Shown: positions 13,986 to 27,400 of the stretch, piece after piece
Layout of the letters: every line of letters begins with the position of its first letter
Position numbering within the stretch: position 1 is the stretch's first letter
NCBI GenBank assembly: GCA_024704765.1
Contig: JAKMXF010000299.1
Location: forward strand, 1,154,863 to 1,218,862
Direction: 5' to 3'
Source: Oopsacas minuta
Taxonomy: Eukaryota > Animalia > Porifera
Length of the DNA: 64,000 nucleotides
Notes under the pieces: model-generated
The model's input: the letters and a program-made list of their open reading frames with translations, nothing else
What the model was told of the DNA's origin: nothing
Database searches by the model: none
Position numbers and translations under genes: made by a program

Positions 13986-16900
13986 AGTCAAACCAACACA
14001 GTGAGTAATTCTTCCTGTGACTGATCCACAATATGAAACCTTGCCAAAACAGCTAACTGAGCAGTATATCTGATATCCGTAGTTTCATCAATTGCAAGTG
14101 AAAAAAAGAAATTTGAATAAGCTTAGTCTTCACATTATTAAAGAGAAATTCTGAAATTGCATCAACCCCCTTGTGCAGGTATTTTGTGAAAGGGGTAAAT
14201 GTCCAATAGCTTCACTAATTTCATATTTGTCTGGAATTGAACTTTAGTCACTTCCAACATGCAGTCTTTTACTACAGTGCTAAATATAATATTCTAACTG
14301 AGATTTCCCTAATATATCAACAACAACAGACGAAGCTTTAATAATTTTCTGCTTATGTGATGTAAAGTTAGCTAATATAGTTACTTGATTATGGTGAGAT
14401 TATTTCAAGCCATTAATTTTGTCCTTTCTCTGAACTGATCTAAGAGCAAAAGTTGAGTTAAATCATGTATATTTCGTTTCAAAATGCCTTTTTACATTAC
14501 TACTTTTTCTATGAGCCATAGTCTCAGAGCTTAATACACATTTTGGTTTTCCAGAAAAACCTATATAACACAAATACGAATAGATTTGTCCATTCCAAAT
14601 GGAATTCCTCGTTTTCACTGTCAATTTTCCTCTTCTTCACTAGCGGAAACATTATCAGAAAATGATTTGAGTTACTTCTAAGTTAAGTCTCTAATTAAAG
14701 AAATAGTATATAAGATACTGTTGGCAAAAATAACTTGAAGAGAGATAATACATAGAATATATTTGGTAGATAGTCAGAATTTTGAAGGGAGTTTGGATGA
14801 ATCCAATCCGAAGCTTGCGGTCCGGGCTTGATTGAAGAAAGGTCCCGACCCGGACCCACCAGTTGGGCATCACTGTCATAGAGAAATATACCTTGGTTAG
14901 GTAATTAATTTCCTGTTGATGAGTGTAATAGTATATATGTGTATTTAACGAATCAACAAAGTTGTTTAACCAGATATTCAAGTATGAGATCGGCGATGAT
15001 ATCATAGTGACAAGTTGTGAAATGGGATGAATATGTTAATGCTACCAAAGAGGTCCATTATGGTAGAATTATTTTACACTGATAATACATTATATTATTT
15101 ATCCTGGAATTTATGAAAGGTTTAACCATATATTCTATTATGATAATTGGCGATGAGGTCATAATGACAAAATGTGAAACTATTTATATTATATATTTAT
15201 CAAGAGTTTCCTTAGGTAGATTTACTATACACTGGTAATAGATTTAGTGCGCCTATCTTGATGGTTAGTACATGAATTTCTATCTTGATTGTGAGTATTT
15301 GAAAATTTTCCCTTATAGGGCCACTAAATGATTTGTGCTAAATATCTCTTAGGGAAATTTTAGGACCCCATACAATTTGCCTATAACGAGATATACTTCC
15401 AAGTAAAAGGTCAACCAAAAGCTTAGGCCCCTAAAATTTCCCAGAGTGCTGCTACATAGTTTCGGGATGGCTTGCGCTGTCAGTTTCACTTACTGTTTTC
15501 GAATATCACATCAACTCGAAACAAAAATATTGCCAACATTTTGAAATCCTCAAATTCTGTTTTCCATTATAATTTCAGCCTAATCAAACCTATACTTTGC
15601 GTGTTATCGACATTCAAAGTCTAATGGCAACTTTTATATTGTGGATATTTTTCTTCAAGGGCAAAAACTCAAATATTTGTGACGTAAAACCACGATGAAC
15701 TTTTCGCAGATTTGTACCAAACTCCACAGATTCAATTGTTTGTAGAGATTTTGCATTACAGCAACTTTTTGACAAATTTGTTGAGGTTGGTGAGATCACT
15801 AGATGAATTGACAATGAATTCCCCAATCTCTAATTTAGGAATGGTCTCATGAAATATCGCCAGACTTCTCGTTTGATTGTGTTCTACAGACCCTATTAGT
15901 TTAGGTCATCAAATATGGGTGGAATTTTGATTGTGTATTTTTCGATGCATCCTTCCCAGTGCGCGAATTATTTAGAGGCTTGGTGGCCTTAGCCACCAAC
16001 TTGCTGACGCTGGCGGCTTAGTTAAGCCACTAAATTTTTAGATTCTAAATTGATTATATACTGGTTTCTATACACGAGTAAGATTAATCGTCACCAAAAC
16101 TTTATTTGGTGGCTTAATTTTGCAACCAACAAATTTTGATTTTCTCATGCACTGCTTCCTGAATTTGCCCAATTTTCCATACTCTCCTTACCCCCACAAT
16201 TACTTAATGTTCGAAATGTGCATCGTTAATGCCCCTCTAGGATTTCTCCATATTCTGTAACAGTTGTATTTTTATTGATATCAGTGGGCTACAAGGTTAA
16301 ATCTTCCGTGCATAAACTAAGTTATCATGTACTCTAGTACAATTTCGTCCGAGATTGGTAACCCACCAATTTATGGCCATCCTCATGATTTTCTCCTAGA
16401 GAACCTCACTGGTTTAGAAATGTCTATTTTGAAATTTATTATAGTAATATAATATACTGTTCCCAACATCGACTTTATAGGTGTAAATACACTAACCAAA
16501 CATAGTCCTTGTCCACTCTACTTTTATCCTTGAAAATGGCGAATATTTGATTACGCACAAGATAATAATTAAGAAAGAACTATTCGACTATGTTAAGTAT
16601 AATTTGATATTTCCTAACCACACTTTGCTCACTAGATAGATAATGAGACAATTATATGTTCAATTCCTAATTGCCCAAAATTTACATTTGATGGAACAAT
16701 ACTCATCGCATTTTTGAATTCTATTGGTCTGTGTTCGCCCAGCGTGGATATTTCGAAATATTTAGAGCAAATATTGTCGACTTAACACATTTTCATATTA
16801 ATACCTCAATTGGCAGAAGTGACACAAATCAAATTTTGTTCGTCAGTTCGTAAGTCCAGAATTTATTGAAGAAACTGGAGGACCCCCAGGACAGATTTTG

Positions 16901-17224
16901 GGGCATACATGTGTATTTTGGTCCTCGCTCGTGCAAGTTCGAGGCTTGACAAAATTCAAATAATGACCTCATTGTCACCTTTTTAGAAATTCCAACAATC
17001 AAATTGTTAACCCTTGCTCAGCCAATGTTCATTTGGAAGTTATGTATATTGCCTGAGCAGAAATTTGAAACACAGGTACCACTAAATGTGACAAATGTCC
17101 TGACGCCATGATTCGGATCAAAAGTTAACTTATCTTGCGATTATTACGTTATCATGATTGTATAAACATCAAAGTTTTCAATTCTCTACTAATTTTGAAT
17201 TTATCAATACCTAGGCACAGTTCC

Positions 17225-17468
17225 AAGATTACTAGCCAAAGCGACATAGCATCTCCAGTGTCACTACAGAATGCCATTGAATGTAATTTGGATGTACAAT
17301 GGATAATATAATCTTAACATTTTGCTAGAATATAAACCCGAGTCATAAAAGTACTGACTTCATCCCGTCGCGTAGCGACCAAAAGAACCAATACATTTTT
17401 CTGTTTAATACTTAATCGTCTGAGGCGCTAAGTTGTCACGAGGTGACCTAGCAAGTATAGCGAACTAG
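17225..17468 (+). repeat. Helitron-like 3' end repeat, copy C
   Basis: aagattactagccaaa...cccgtcgcgtagcgacc...gaggcgcta...gacctagcaag...aaCTAGt matches copy A. Confidence 0.4.
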
Positions 17469-17519
17469 TAATTGATGATAAGATAATGCTGAGAGTACAG
17501 ATATTTGTGACAATATATC

Positions 17520-18655
17520 AATATATCCCATAAATATTGTAGACCGGGACCAGAATCAACGAACAGAAATATCACTATTTCCATTATGTACTGGACTTTT
17601 TTCTGATCCTAATGGTCATTCTTCGCTCTTCTACCCACATAGGCAAGAAGCAAGGATATTTGGTGTACCTCTTCGTTACCTGATTGAAGGAAGCAAACCA
17701 GTTTTAGATGGACACAGATGATTCACTTGTGCTGATCGTAGCTAATTGTTTGTTAAAACATATTTAACATTTTCATATTTCTCTTAATGTCCCAGAATGA
17801 GCAAGGGGTATAGAGCCTAACTTATTTTCATTGTTAGGTTCAACAACTTTAGATTTAATAAAGTCTTCATCTCTACTTTCATGAAGTTACTCCACATCAC
17901 CACTAATTTCGGGAGATGATCATATGAAAATTGATAACTATCAGTTATTACAGGTTCAATTGTTTTTCACTGGAATTTCATCACCATGTTGAACCGCCTT
18001 ATTACGCAAGTTATAGAGGGATACTTTATTCTTGATTTGTTCTCTTCATTAAATCAATTGTTCTAACCATTCCCAGATAGCAATCATTTATAAGATTTGT
18101 CGGTTCCCTCCATGCCATAGCTTTGCAAATGGCAATGACTTTAGTTTGTTACGTGACAGTTATCTTGATTTACGAAACATTTCTGACCAAAATATATATT
18201 GTTGATCACTCTTGGTCTCCTAATTGCATCACAAAATACGCATGGTATACATAACTTATATCTATCGCCCGTTTTGAGTTGGGATGTTAACTCTCCACCA
18301 AATATAGCATATACTATTAGAATCATTATAACATTTTGTTCTTCCTGAAGATGCCATAAAATATTTTCACTAAAACTATATTCATGTTAACGAGATTGAA
18401 AAATCAACAATGATCAGTATAAACCTATCTAAACTACCTCTTGGTGTATCGTAATGTGTTCATTAGTGAATGTAACAAATTATGTTATTACAACTTGAGA
18501 AGACTGGACCAAGATGAAATTTTCACACAATTACTAAGCTTCAATCAAAAGTTCTGGATGTTATGCTTACAAATGGATTATGTTTTGGCCTCAGCGGCTA
18601 TGATTCAGGTAGACAAGTCAATAGGATAGTTTGTATAAAATTATGTTGCCTAGTG
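17520..18655 (-). mobile_element. Highly decayed Chapaev3-type element (5' part)
   Basis: Minus-strand fragments: CYNDSNSICYI, YHAYFVMQLGDQ, REPTNLINDCY, LGSIPLAHS, IICVHLKLV and YTKYPCFL. Terminus CACTAGGCAACA ends at 18655 on the minus strand, with a TAA flank. Confidence 0.7.
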
Positions 18656-19441
18656 TAACAGCGATATAATCTTAGTTTAAACAGTTTACTTTCACTATCA
18701 AGCAGCTGGCAACATTTTGTACTTAGCCTTGATCTACGACATTACCTGTAGTTACAAGTTCATGCCGTATGTTGTACCTATAATTAATGACCCGGTAAGT
18801 AAGCTAACTCACCTAGATCAGGCTGTTCAACCGCGGAGACACTTTTCAACAATTCCAAAGTTGTCACGATTGTTATTTGATTAGACCCTGGCCTATTTGT
18901 TATCACCTCTTGTTAATTCATATTTGGTGATATTATATTGCGGTTTTTGATTGAGCTTCAATTTATGCAGTCCTTTATTTGTGTTGGCGTTAATTCCTTA
19001 GTTGTGATGCTACGATCGCAAAGGCCCTATTTCCATAGCAGCTATTATTAATGGAGTTTGAAGTTGTCAGGTTAAAGCGTGGCAGCCCAATGATTGTAGT
19101 CCAGTTGAAATTCCACTTGGTATTGAGGTATGATAGATTGGTATTTGATCACAGCACAGGTCTCGATTACCCTTATGATTATCCTGGGGAGAACTCAGGT
19201 AGTCGCAGAATGGGTATCGACCTCCCGTTTACTTTAGTTTTTCATGTAATTTTGTCAAAATTCATGATTTGTATGGCGTTGTAGTTTAAATATTTCACTG
19301 TCGCCTCGTAATTCTTGAGACCTTATTCGGCAGAATTTATTCTGTATATTATTTTGCCAGACCCAACCCTGAATTTCTTTTATTTCATTATCTTATATAC
19401 GTATTTATACTTATTTGATGATGAATTGTTTCTTCTTTTAG

Positions 19442-19627
19442 AACTTTGCACAAAAGTCGAACTAAAGATGCTATATTTGTAGATCCACCGGGTTGCTCTG
19501 AAATTTCTGAGTTAGTCGATAGATTTATCTCTATTGTAGATAATATTGTGCTTCTTCAAGGAAAGGAATATAATGTGTTAGAGTCTGCTGATTATCTCAG
19601 TCGAGCTGTTTCTTCAGACTACACTCG
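19442..19627 (+). CDS. WDR3: WDR3 exon 2 (predicted, 186 nt)
   Basis: Stop-free 62 codons (TLHKSRTKDAIFVDPP...SSDYT) between a polypyrimidine AG acceptor and a CG|GTAATT donor. Phase 2 at both ends joins exons 1 and 3 exactly. Sequence similarity to WDR3 is weak here. Confidence 0.65.
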
Positions 19628-20849
19628 GTAATTTCTTTTTCTAATTTTTTCATTGTATTCCCATACTATGAACCCTTAATTAATTGCAGTATCTTTAACT
19701 TATCTGTTTCGGGATGATCTTGAGCTACGAATTTATTATGAAATTTTGTACCTCAATTTATTTTGACACTAACCTATTTCTTTTCGTATGATTTATATCG
19801 GATTAGTGCTGTACTTAAATACTTTGTGCTTTCTGTTTTCGCATGATGGTTGCTTGACATTCTGTTTACCTCACCAGACCCTTAGAGGTGGATGACAACT
19901 TTCTGCTTTCATCATCTGGCAATACTGAGTAATGAATTTATCGAGTATATCCAGTTTATTGATATATTCTTTTAGATGAGTATTCTAGTAACATTTTGCT
20001 TATTGTACCTAAATTTAATATGAGTCTTATTGTGACAAAAAAATTCACAGAAATTTTCTAACTACAGTGCTAAATTCGAATCTCTCGTTGTTTGTATGTG
20101 CTAATGTGTCTTTTGGGATAAAATATACAACTCTGATATTTTCTGGAATATACAATTTGCCAGAATCTTCATTAATGGATGAACATTGAATTATTCTGGA
20201 CGGATGGCATGTTATTATCCGTCTTTGGTATACATTGCCTGCGTAACTTTCCTATTGAATATATATTATTTCGCATATTTTGATCTAGTCCGACTCTGGA
20301 CGCAGCAAAGTATCAATTATCAATTTTACATATACAGTGGAACCTGCTTAACTACCACCAGTATACTGGTCACCTGTACATAACTTCCACCTAAATATTG
20401 TCCAGTGCCACATATCTAGAGATTATGTATGATAGAACTTAAGTATGTATTAGTTAAATCTTGTACTAAGTATGCTTTCAAGCTCTGTTTAAACCATATT
20501 ATAGTGTTTTTAATACTAGGCAGTTGTATATAATGACATGGGCGAATAATTTATTTGAAATAATCGTTGGTATGATTGTAAGTGAATACATTCTTGTGTT
20601 GCTAGAGAATTGTGTTACTGTTTGTTGAGGGTATAATTCAATTACTATTAGTCATATGCCTCTAAACTTATACCAGTGGTTTCCTAATAGTCCATTTCCT
20701 GTTCAATAATTATATATTCATTTGCTTATTATTAATACAGAGAGGCTTTGACATTTACTCTATAGATGGCTATACAAATATGAGAAATTTCAAAATATCT
20801 CCAAAAATATAAAATTACTGCCTGTGCCGACAACTTAGTCTATTAATTA

Positions 20850-21610
20850 AATTTGTTCAAAGGTGGCAAAATTTATTGGAGGCACTATGAAAGGTTGGGT
20901 TTAATCCCAATATGCATAGTGCCTTCAATTAATAGTCCCGCATTTAATTAAAGAGAATTTAATAGACTAATCTGTCGGTATAGGTTGCAAATTTTTATTT
21001 TTTCCTCGCTCCGATCGGATTTCAAATCAATCAAACTGTATATTTAGAATATACAATACTTATCCAGTCCAAAAATGTTCAATTTGTTCGTAATAATTAT
21101 CAGTTGAATAAATAACATTAATAGAAAGGAATCCTGTAAGTGATTTCATGAGTTTCAAATCCAAGAGTGTCAAATTCGGAATCAGCGTAGAATTACCCCC
21201 TTTTGCTATTTAGAACAATCTTCTACGATTATTCAAAGTTATATAATCGGGCTAATCCATGTCTTTTACATTATCCATGGTTAATTTCAAAAAATATTAT
21301 TCCTAAATAAAATCGAAATAATTAATGCTACCGTTAAATTTGACATTCAATGAATCCATTTTATATACACCACTAGAAGTACCTATTGTTTAACGAATAA
21401 ATATTTAACATCTAAGAATACGAGATTAATTACTGATGACAGAGTGCCATAAAACGAATATTTTTCATTTACTTTCAGCATAAACACTATAACCAGTATA
21501 AAAATTCTAGAAGAGTACGAAGGTGTTGAATTTTTCACTTTCGAGAGGTGTGAAAATTTTGGTACCTTTCATAATTTTTCCGAGAGGCCAGGCAAAAGTT
21601 TGACCAGTGT
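20850..21610 (+). repeat. About 750-bp interspersed repeat, with a diverged inverted copy at about 29046-29780
   Basis: Colinear inverse matches: ctatgaaaggttgggtttaatcccaata, aaattcggaatcag, cattcaatgaatccattttatatacaccactagaagtacctattg and gtgtgaaaattttggtacc...gtttgaccagtgt. Confidence 0.7.
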
Positions 21611-24467
21611 GAAATTGTGCACTTGGTGTCCGATTGATTAGCAATGGGGGGAGACATACCCGACGAATAATTTCAATAGCTCCTCACACCAAAAATCACC
21701 TGAATTCTATCCAGTTTTGGCTGCAGCGCTTTCACGGAGAAAAAATAATGTAAAATATAGGCAGGGTTGGATTAAGGCGGGGGCTGATGGGGCTGCAGCC
21801 CCAGGCCCATTGTAAAAATAGGGCCACCTCGTTCGTGCCATAGGCCGTGTAGACATAGCCAAGAGTTAGTTTTGTTGACCCTAGAAGCACCCGGATTTCA
21901 TAAGAAGACTCTAAGTTGATCCATGGCGAATTCTCGTAGCAGGCTAAGTTCACTATTTTTTGAGAATGGCAATGATTTATGTAGATGTGTTTATGACTCA
22001 ACATTGTCATATTTACTTTGGTCGTTAATCAATATTCTATGTTATCATTGTGAAATTAAATTTTATCAGTGATCATTATTTTATGTTTTCTTATATTAAA
22101 TTATAGCTTCTAAGATTATCACAGAGCAATTTAATAATATTCGCTAAGCCAATAATACTTTGTATTTATAGCTTACTTTTTACTTCATTGCATTCTATGC
22201 AGCTTTCGATTATATTTGTGTTTGCCCAGGTTGAAGCATTCTTTACTATTTCATTTTTGGTATATCAATAAAAGAAAGATGCAAAATTATCGCAGTGGTT
22301 GGGACAAAGCAAAGGCTAAGTCTGAAGAAGAAAGAAAACTACAGAAATTTTAGAATGTACCAGAAAAATGACAGAGTTTTGCTCTACGAAAAACCCCGAT
22401 GAAAATGCAGTAGTAGCCACGATTGCTAATGTAACTGGAGATGGTAAACATTGCATTGAAATCGTGAATAATGAACCTCTTTACCTTGGATTAGCAGAAT
22501 CTCTATCTGTTCCATCTGATTGCAATATGCTTTGTGAAACTGAAAATTTGAACTTTAATTACCTTCAAGAAGAATCATTCTCTAGTGATGTAGGATAATG
22601 GAAAATGTCTGATGGTTTCGGGAGTATTTTTGTCAAAAGGGGTTTACTGGTTGTCAGCACATGGATAGCGACTTTAGTGCCTCCGAGAGGACATTTCCTA
22701 GTGAAGCCTTTACGCGGCGATGTACCAAGTCACTCTTTTATCGTGACCAGTTAAACGGTGAGAAATTTCAACGTAACTGGCTTTGCTATTCGGTAGAATC
22801 TGGGAAGTTGTATTGCGCAATCTGCATGCTATTTTCAACACCAAACGAAACTTCACAGTTGGCACAAATGGTTATTCAAATTGGAAGCATGCAGCCAGAG
22901 ATTTACTTCGCCATGAAGACAGTCAGTTGCATAAAATATCTATTGAAAAACTTATTTTGCGAAGAATGACTGGCGGACATATAGATGAAAGTCTAATTGA
23001 GCAATATGAGCCTGAAAAAAAGTATTGGCATCAAGTTCTCCAGAGAATTTTAAGTGTGATTAAGATGCTTTCTTCAAGAGGTCTTTCATTTCGTGGGAGT
23101 GATGAGATAGTAGGATCTGTGCATAATTATAATTATTTGGGTTGTCTCGAGTTATTAGCTGAGTATGATACATTCCTTGCAGAACACATTCAGAAACATG
23201 CAAACAAAGGACGAGGCCACATGTCATACTTATCATCAACAATATGCGATGACTTTATCCAAGTAATTGGACAACAGGTTCTTAGGCAGATTATATTAGA
23301 AATCAAAACTGCTAAGTACTATTCTATTAGTGTGGACTCCACACCGGACTTTTCGCACACTGACCAACTAACACTAATATTTCGCTATGTATTTCCAAGA
23401 GGCTTTGATTCGTGAAAAGAATAAGTTGGCTGAATTCATTCCATGTTGTGCACATTCCCTCAATCTTATCGGACAAAGTGCTGTAGAATGTTGTCCAGCT
23501 GCAGGTCCATTTTTCTATTTTGTACAAAAGTTGTATGCGTTTTTCTCTGCCTCTACACATAGATGGAATCTCCTTCTTGATGTCTTCAAGAAGTTTGGAA
23601 TACCAACTTTGAAAGACTTTCAGACACACGATGGTCTGCACACCATGATGCAGTGATGCCTTACTAAAGGTTATACAAATATTGAAGAAGTACTTGTACT
23701 AATGTGCGAAGATAAATCTGAGAAACTTGTGACACGTTTGGAGGCAAAGGGACTTGCTGCAATAATGAATCATTTGGAAACAGGAATAATGTTACAAATT
23801 TGGTCTACAATATTGATTAGGTTTGATAAAACTAGCAAATGTCTTCAAGATGCAAGTCTAGATTTGAATACAGCCAGAAAGTTGTTAGAATCATTGAAAG
23901 AATTTGTACATTCACTACGTTCTCAGTTTATGGAGTTTGAGCAAGAAATTTGACTATTGTGATACCAAAGATGCTGAACTTTCTCCATCAAATGAATTCA
24001 TGGTAACAAATTTCATTCCAATTATTGATAAACTAGTGGCAGCTTTGAATCAAAGACAGGCGGCATACTGTGTCATCAGAGACAGGTTTGGATTTTTATC
24101 AGAATTGAATTCTTTAGTCTCTGATCAGATGCGTGACAAAGCTAATCATTTAATTAATATATACTCAGACGACCTTGAGCCTGGATTTGTAGATGAAATA
24201 GTACAGTTTTCTGTTTTCTGGACCAGTTATATTTCTGCAGATCCTTCTAAGACTGAAGACACAAAGCAGATTAGAGAATTCCAAATGTTCAAGTTTTGAT
24301 TACTAGAAATGCGCTAGACACAACCTTTCCGAATATGTTAATCACACTACGAATATATTTATCTTTAATGGTCACTAACTGCAGCGGGGAAAGATCTTTT
24401 TCAACATTAAAAGGTCAAAGAACGAACTGCGGTCCACTATGGGTCAGAATCGTTTGAATGCACTTTA

Positions 24468-27400
24468 CACAGTGTGGCAATATGGGGAAATAGGCATATT
24501 TTAAAAAACATATTTCAATGCATTTTTCGAATTCTCCATAGTTCAATTAGTACGAAAATATCATTGGCAGCATTAGAAGCAGTTAGGAATCCTAACTACG
24601 CACAACTTTGTTATGTGTTTCTAATAATAGAAATATATATTTTCAAACCTCAAATTCCTATGCCCTAATGTATGTAATCATATTTGATGTAAATATTAAA
24701 TATAAGAGTGAAAAACATCTTCTGATAATAAATCTATATTGTAACAACAATTTAATCATTGATAGGTTAGTCTAGATATTCATTTGTACTTTTTTCCGGG
24801 TGTCTAGTTTGGCCCTCCCAAAGTTATAATTTGGAATTTTTTCTCATTGATTGAAGTGTAGCATCTCTTGTTTGACAAAATTTGACAAAACGTTATTAAT
24901 ATATAAGTAATGTTACTATATTTAGTCAACTATTTAATCACTTTCCAGGCTTGCCAAAAGCTGCCCAAAAATTTATCACGTCATTCATTATCCGGACCGG
25001 ACAAAAATCCGAAAAATATATTTTTCATACGTTTTAAATTTTTTCAGTAAAATTCTATATTTTGCTGGTTATTAGTTATTCCAATACTCTACAATCATAT
25101 ATCATAATGTTTCTATGTTAAAGTAGCCCTTTTGCGGATCATGTCTGTACTAATCACCAACAATGAGGCATATAGTTTGTATATTTCGAATGGAAGAAGT
25201 GTTACAGTCTCTGTTAGGAAACTTATTGAGAACAACCATTTATCCGAAGAAGAAACTGCTACTCTTCATTTAAAATTTAAATCACTTCTAACATCCAGAG
25301 AGGCTTACCGCAGGAAGGATCTTGAAACATGGGATAATATGATTTTCCACTCTACTCATCTAACAATATCCAATCCAAGAAAGAGAATATCGCTTGATCC
25401 TGAATTTTCTTTAGTCACTGATTCTGAAAATCGAAACTTTTCAGAACAGATTGTAACTGAATCCCGGAAGCATATTCTCGAATGTCACATGAAGACTTCC
25501 AGATCGAGACTTGGTGTTCTTTTAGAGCATGTGGACTTTTTAGCAGAGAGAGAAAAGATTGAGCCTAAACAACTACTCGCTCTAGCTTTAGAATTAGTCT
25601 CAAATAAATCCTATGACCGTGATACTTCAGACATGTGCAGAGAAATAATTGATAAGGGATCTTTTAGCGGTGTATTGAACAAAGTACAAATCTCTAAATG
25701 TGCTTATATATTGGACAGATTAGAAATTGGGGCGAGTAAATACACGAATCTGAAAAGAATTCTCAAAGGTGATGTTAAGCTTCCTTCCTATAAACTTGTC
25801 TCGCAATATCGTAGGGAAATAAGCCTAATAAATGAAATGGAAATAGTCAGAGACCCCGAAGCATTGTCAATTGGGACTTGCGTCTCTTATCATTCCATCC
25901 TTAGTCTGACCATTCAACGCTTGCTTTCAACATTAGACCCAGTTCCTGATTCACACTACCCACTCAAAATTAAGATATCTGATGGATTGGATGGCTCCGG
26001 TTGTCATCAAACCTATAACCAACAAAGCAACAATTCTGCATTAAGCACAAAAACTTTCATTTTGTTCGGATTCAAAGTAATATCAATTACAGACACACTT
26101 GGAAATGACGTGTTCTATAACAGCTCACCCAACTCTCCGTTCTGCTTTAGGCCAGTAGCACTGATAGCTCTGAAAGAAGATTATTCTAGTGTAAAGCTTA
26201 TCATGAATACAATAGTCAATCCTCAAACAGACCATATCATACAGGATGGGTTATCTCTTATTGGAGGCCATGCACAGGTCGAGATAGTCCGTTCCCTTTT
26301 TGATACCAAGATGGCAGGATTGCTGGATGGAGCTGGTGGGGCTTCTTGTCATCTGTGTACTGCAACGGATAGCCAAATTAAAAGTTTAGAATGGGCCCAT
26401 TCTGGTTTCCCTATTAACAGACTAATTAGCGACGCTCGGCAACTTTTTGAAGAGGTTGATGAAGAAGATTACTTGAAACTCCCATCAAATCAACGTGTTG
26501 GTATTACGCATCAACCAACTTCTAACATCGATATTATAGCTGCATCTCCTTTGCATGCTTACCTTTGTGTATTCAGGTGGTTCATGCTGTTGATATACCA
26601 TCTTGATGCAGGACACAAGGTATGGGCGCCATCAAACTCGAAAGTAAATTTTTCCATGAAACGGGTTCGAGCTATACTCCAGGAAAGATGTAATTTCAGT
26701 GTCGATATCCCTTCAAGCCAGGGCGGCACTTCAACCACTGGTAACATTGCGCGAGACTGCTTTTTAAATAAGAGAGACTTTTTGACGTGGGCCACTTCTT
26801 CCATTAATCCTTCAGATAAAATATCATTAGAGAAGATCCAGACAAATCTATCTGTTTTGTTAAGACTCCTCAACAGTGGTGACTTGATTAACTGTGACAA
26901 AATGCAAGAATTGTGCAAAGAAACGTACGAATTTATTCTAATTGAGTACCCATGGGCAAGCATCACTCCATCTTTGCACAAGTTACTTGCCCATTCGTTT
27001 CAGTTAATAGGTGCTTATAATAATGGTAAGGGATTACAGAATCTCTCTGAGGAATGTTTAGAATCCTGCAATAAATTTGTAAGGCGGTATCGGGAGAATC
27101 TTGCAAGAAAAACTTCTTTCACTGATAATGTTAGAGATATTTTAGTCAGGTTGTTATGTTGTAGTGACCCCATCTTAGTACAGAATCGTTTGATGCACGC
27201 AAAGAAGAAAAGAGACGTTGCAAATAGCCTCCAAGAGATATTATATAATAGTATACTATCAGATGATTTATGATAATAAGTATATCCAATAGTCATACAT
27301 AATTAAGGGTCTTTAAATTGTACGTTATCAAATAGCAGAATAGAGACCATGACATGCATGTATTATCAACTTTCATAATATCCTCACTAATGAACCACAA

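Larger units (their letters stand above)
9150..14230 (-). mobile_element. Decayed GTF2IRD2/ZBED-like hAT remnant, outer host of the nested stack, split by the 10249-13985 element
   Basis: Minus strand reads LPLSQNTCTR...FSLAIDETTDI...AQLAVLAR...EELLTV (14190-13990). It resumes at 10240 with GHTKGSDIFNAL...DGAP, then LLTHNDARWLSRS (9770-9958) and YPALF...TYICESL. Ends are approximate. Confidence 0.7.
4061..19441 (+). other. WDR3: WDR3 intron 1 (15,381 nt), transposon-filled
   Basis: GTAAGT donor at 4061; polypyrimidine acceptor ttgtttcttcttttAG ending at 19441; phases are compatible. Confidence 0.7.

Noticed and set aside
13997-14003. Isolated CACAGTG/CACTGTG heptamers (also near 52010, 58760, 59356 and 63826)
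   Set aside because: No partner end, no AWTAGG box at the conserved offsets and no TSD; expected by chance.
24495-25140. Possible RAG2-like gene within or beside the RAG1-like elements
   Set aside because: Non-coding space inside both elements is under about 700 bp per side, and no kelch- or PHD-like ORF is visible on either strand nearby.
26559-27296. Antisense ORFs (140 aa and 93 aa) overlapping the RAG1-like transposase
   Set aside because: These are shadow ORFs of the coding strand with no recognisable motifs.
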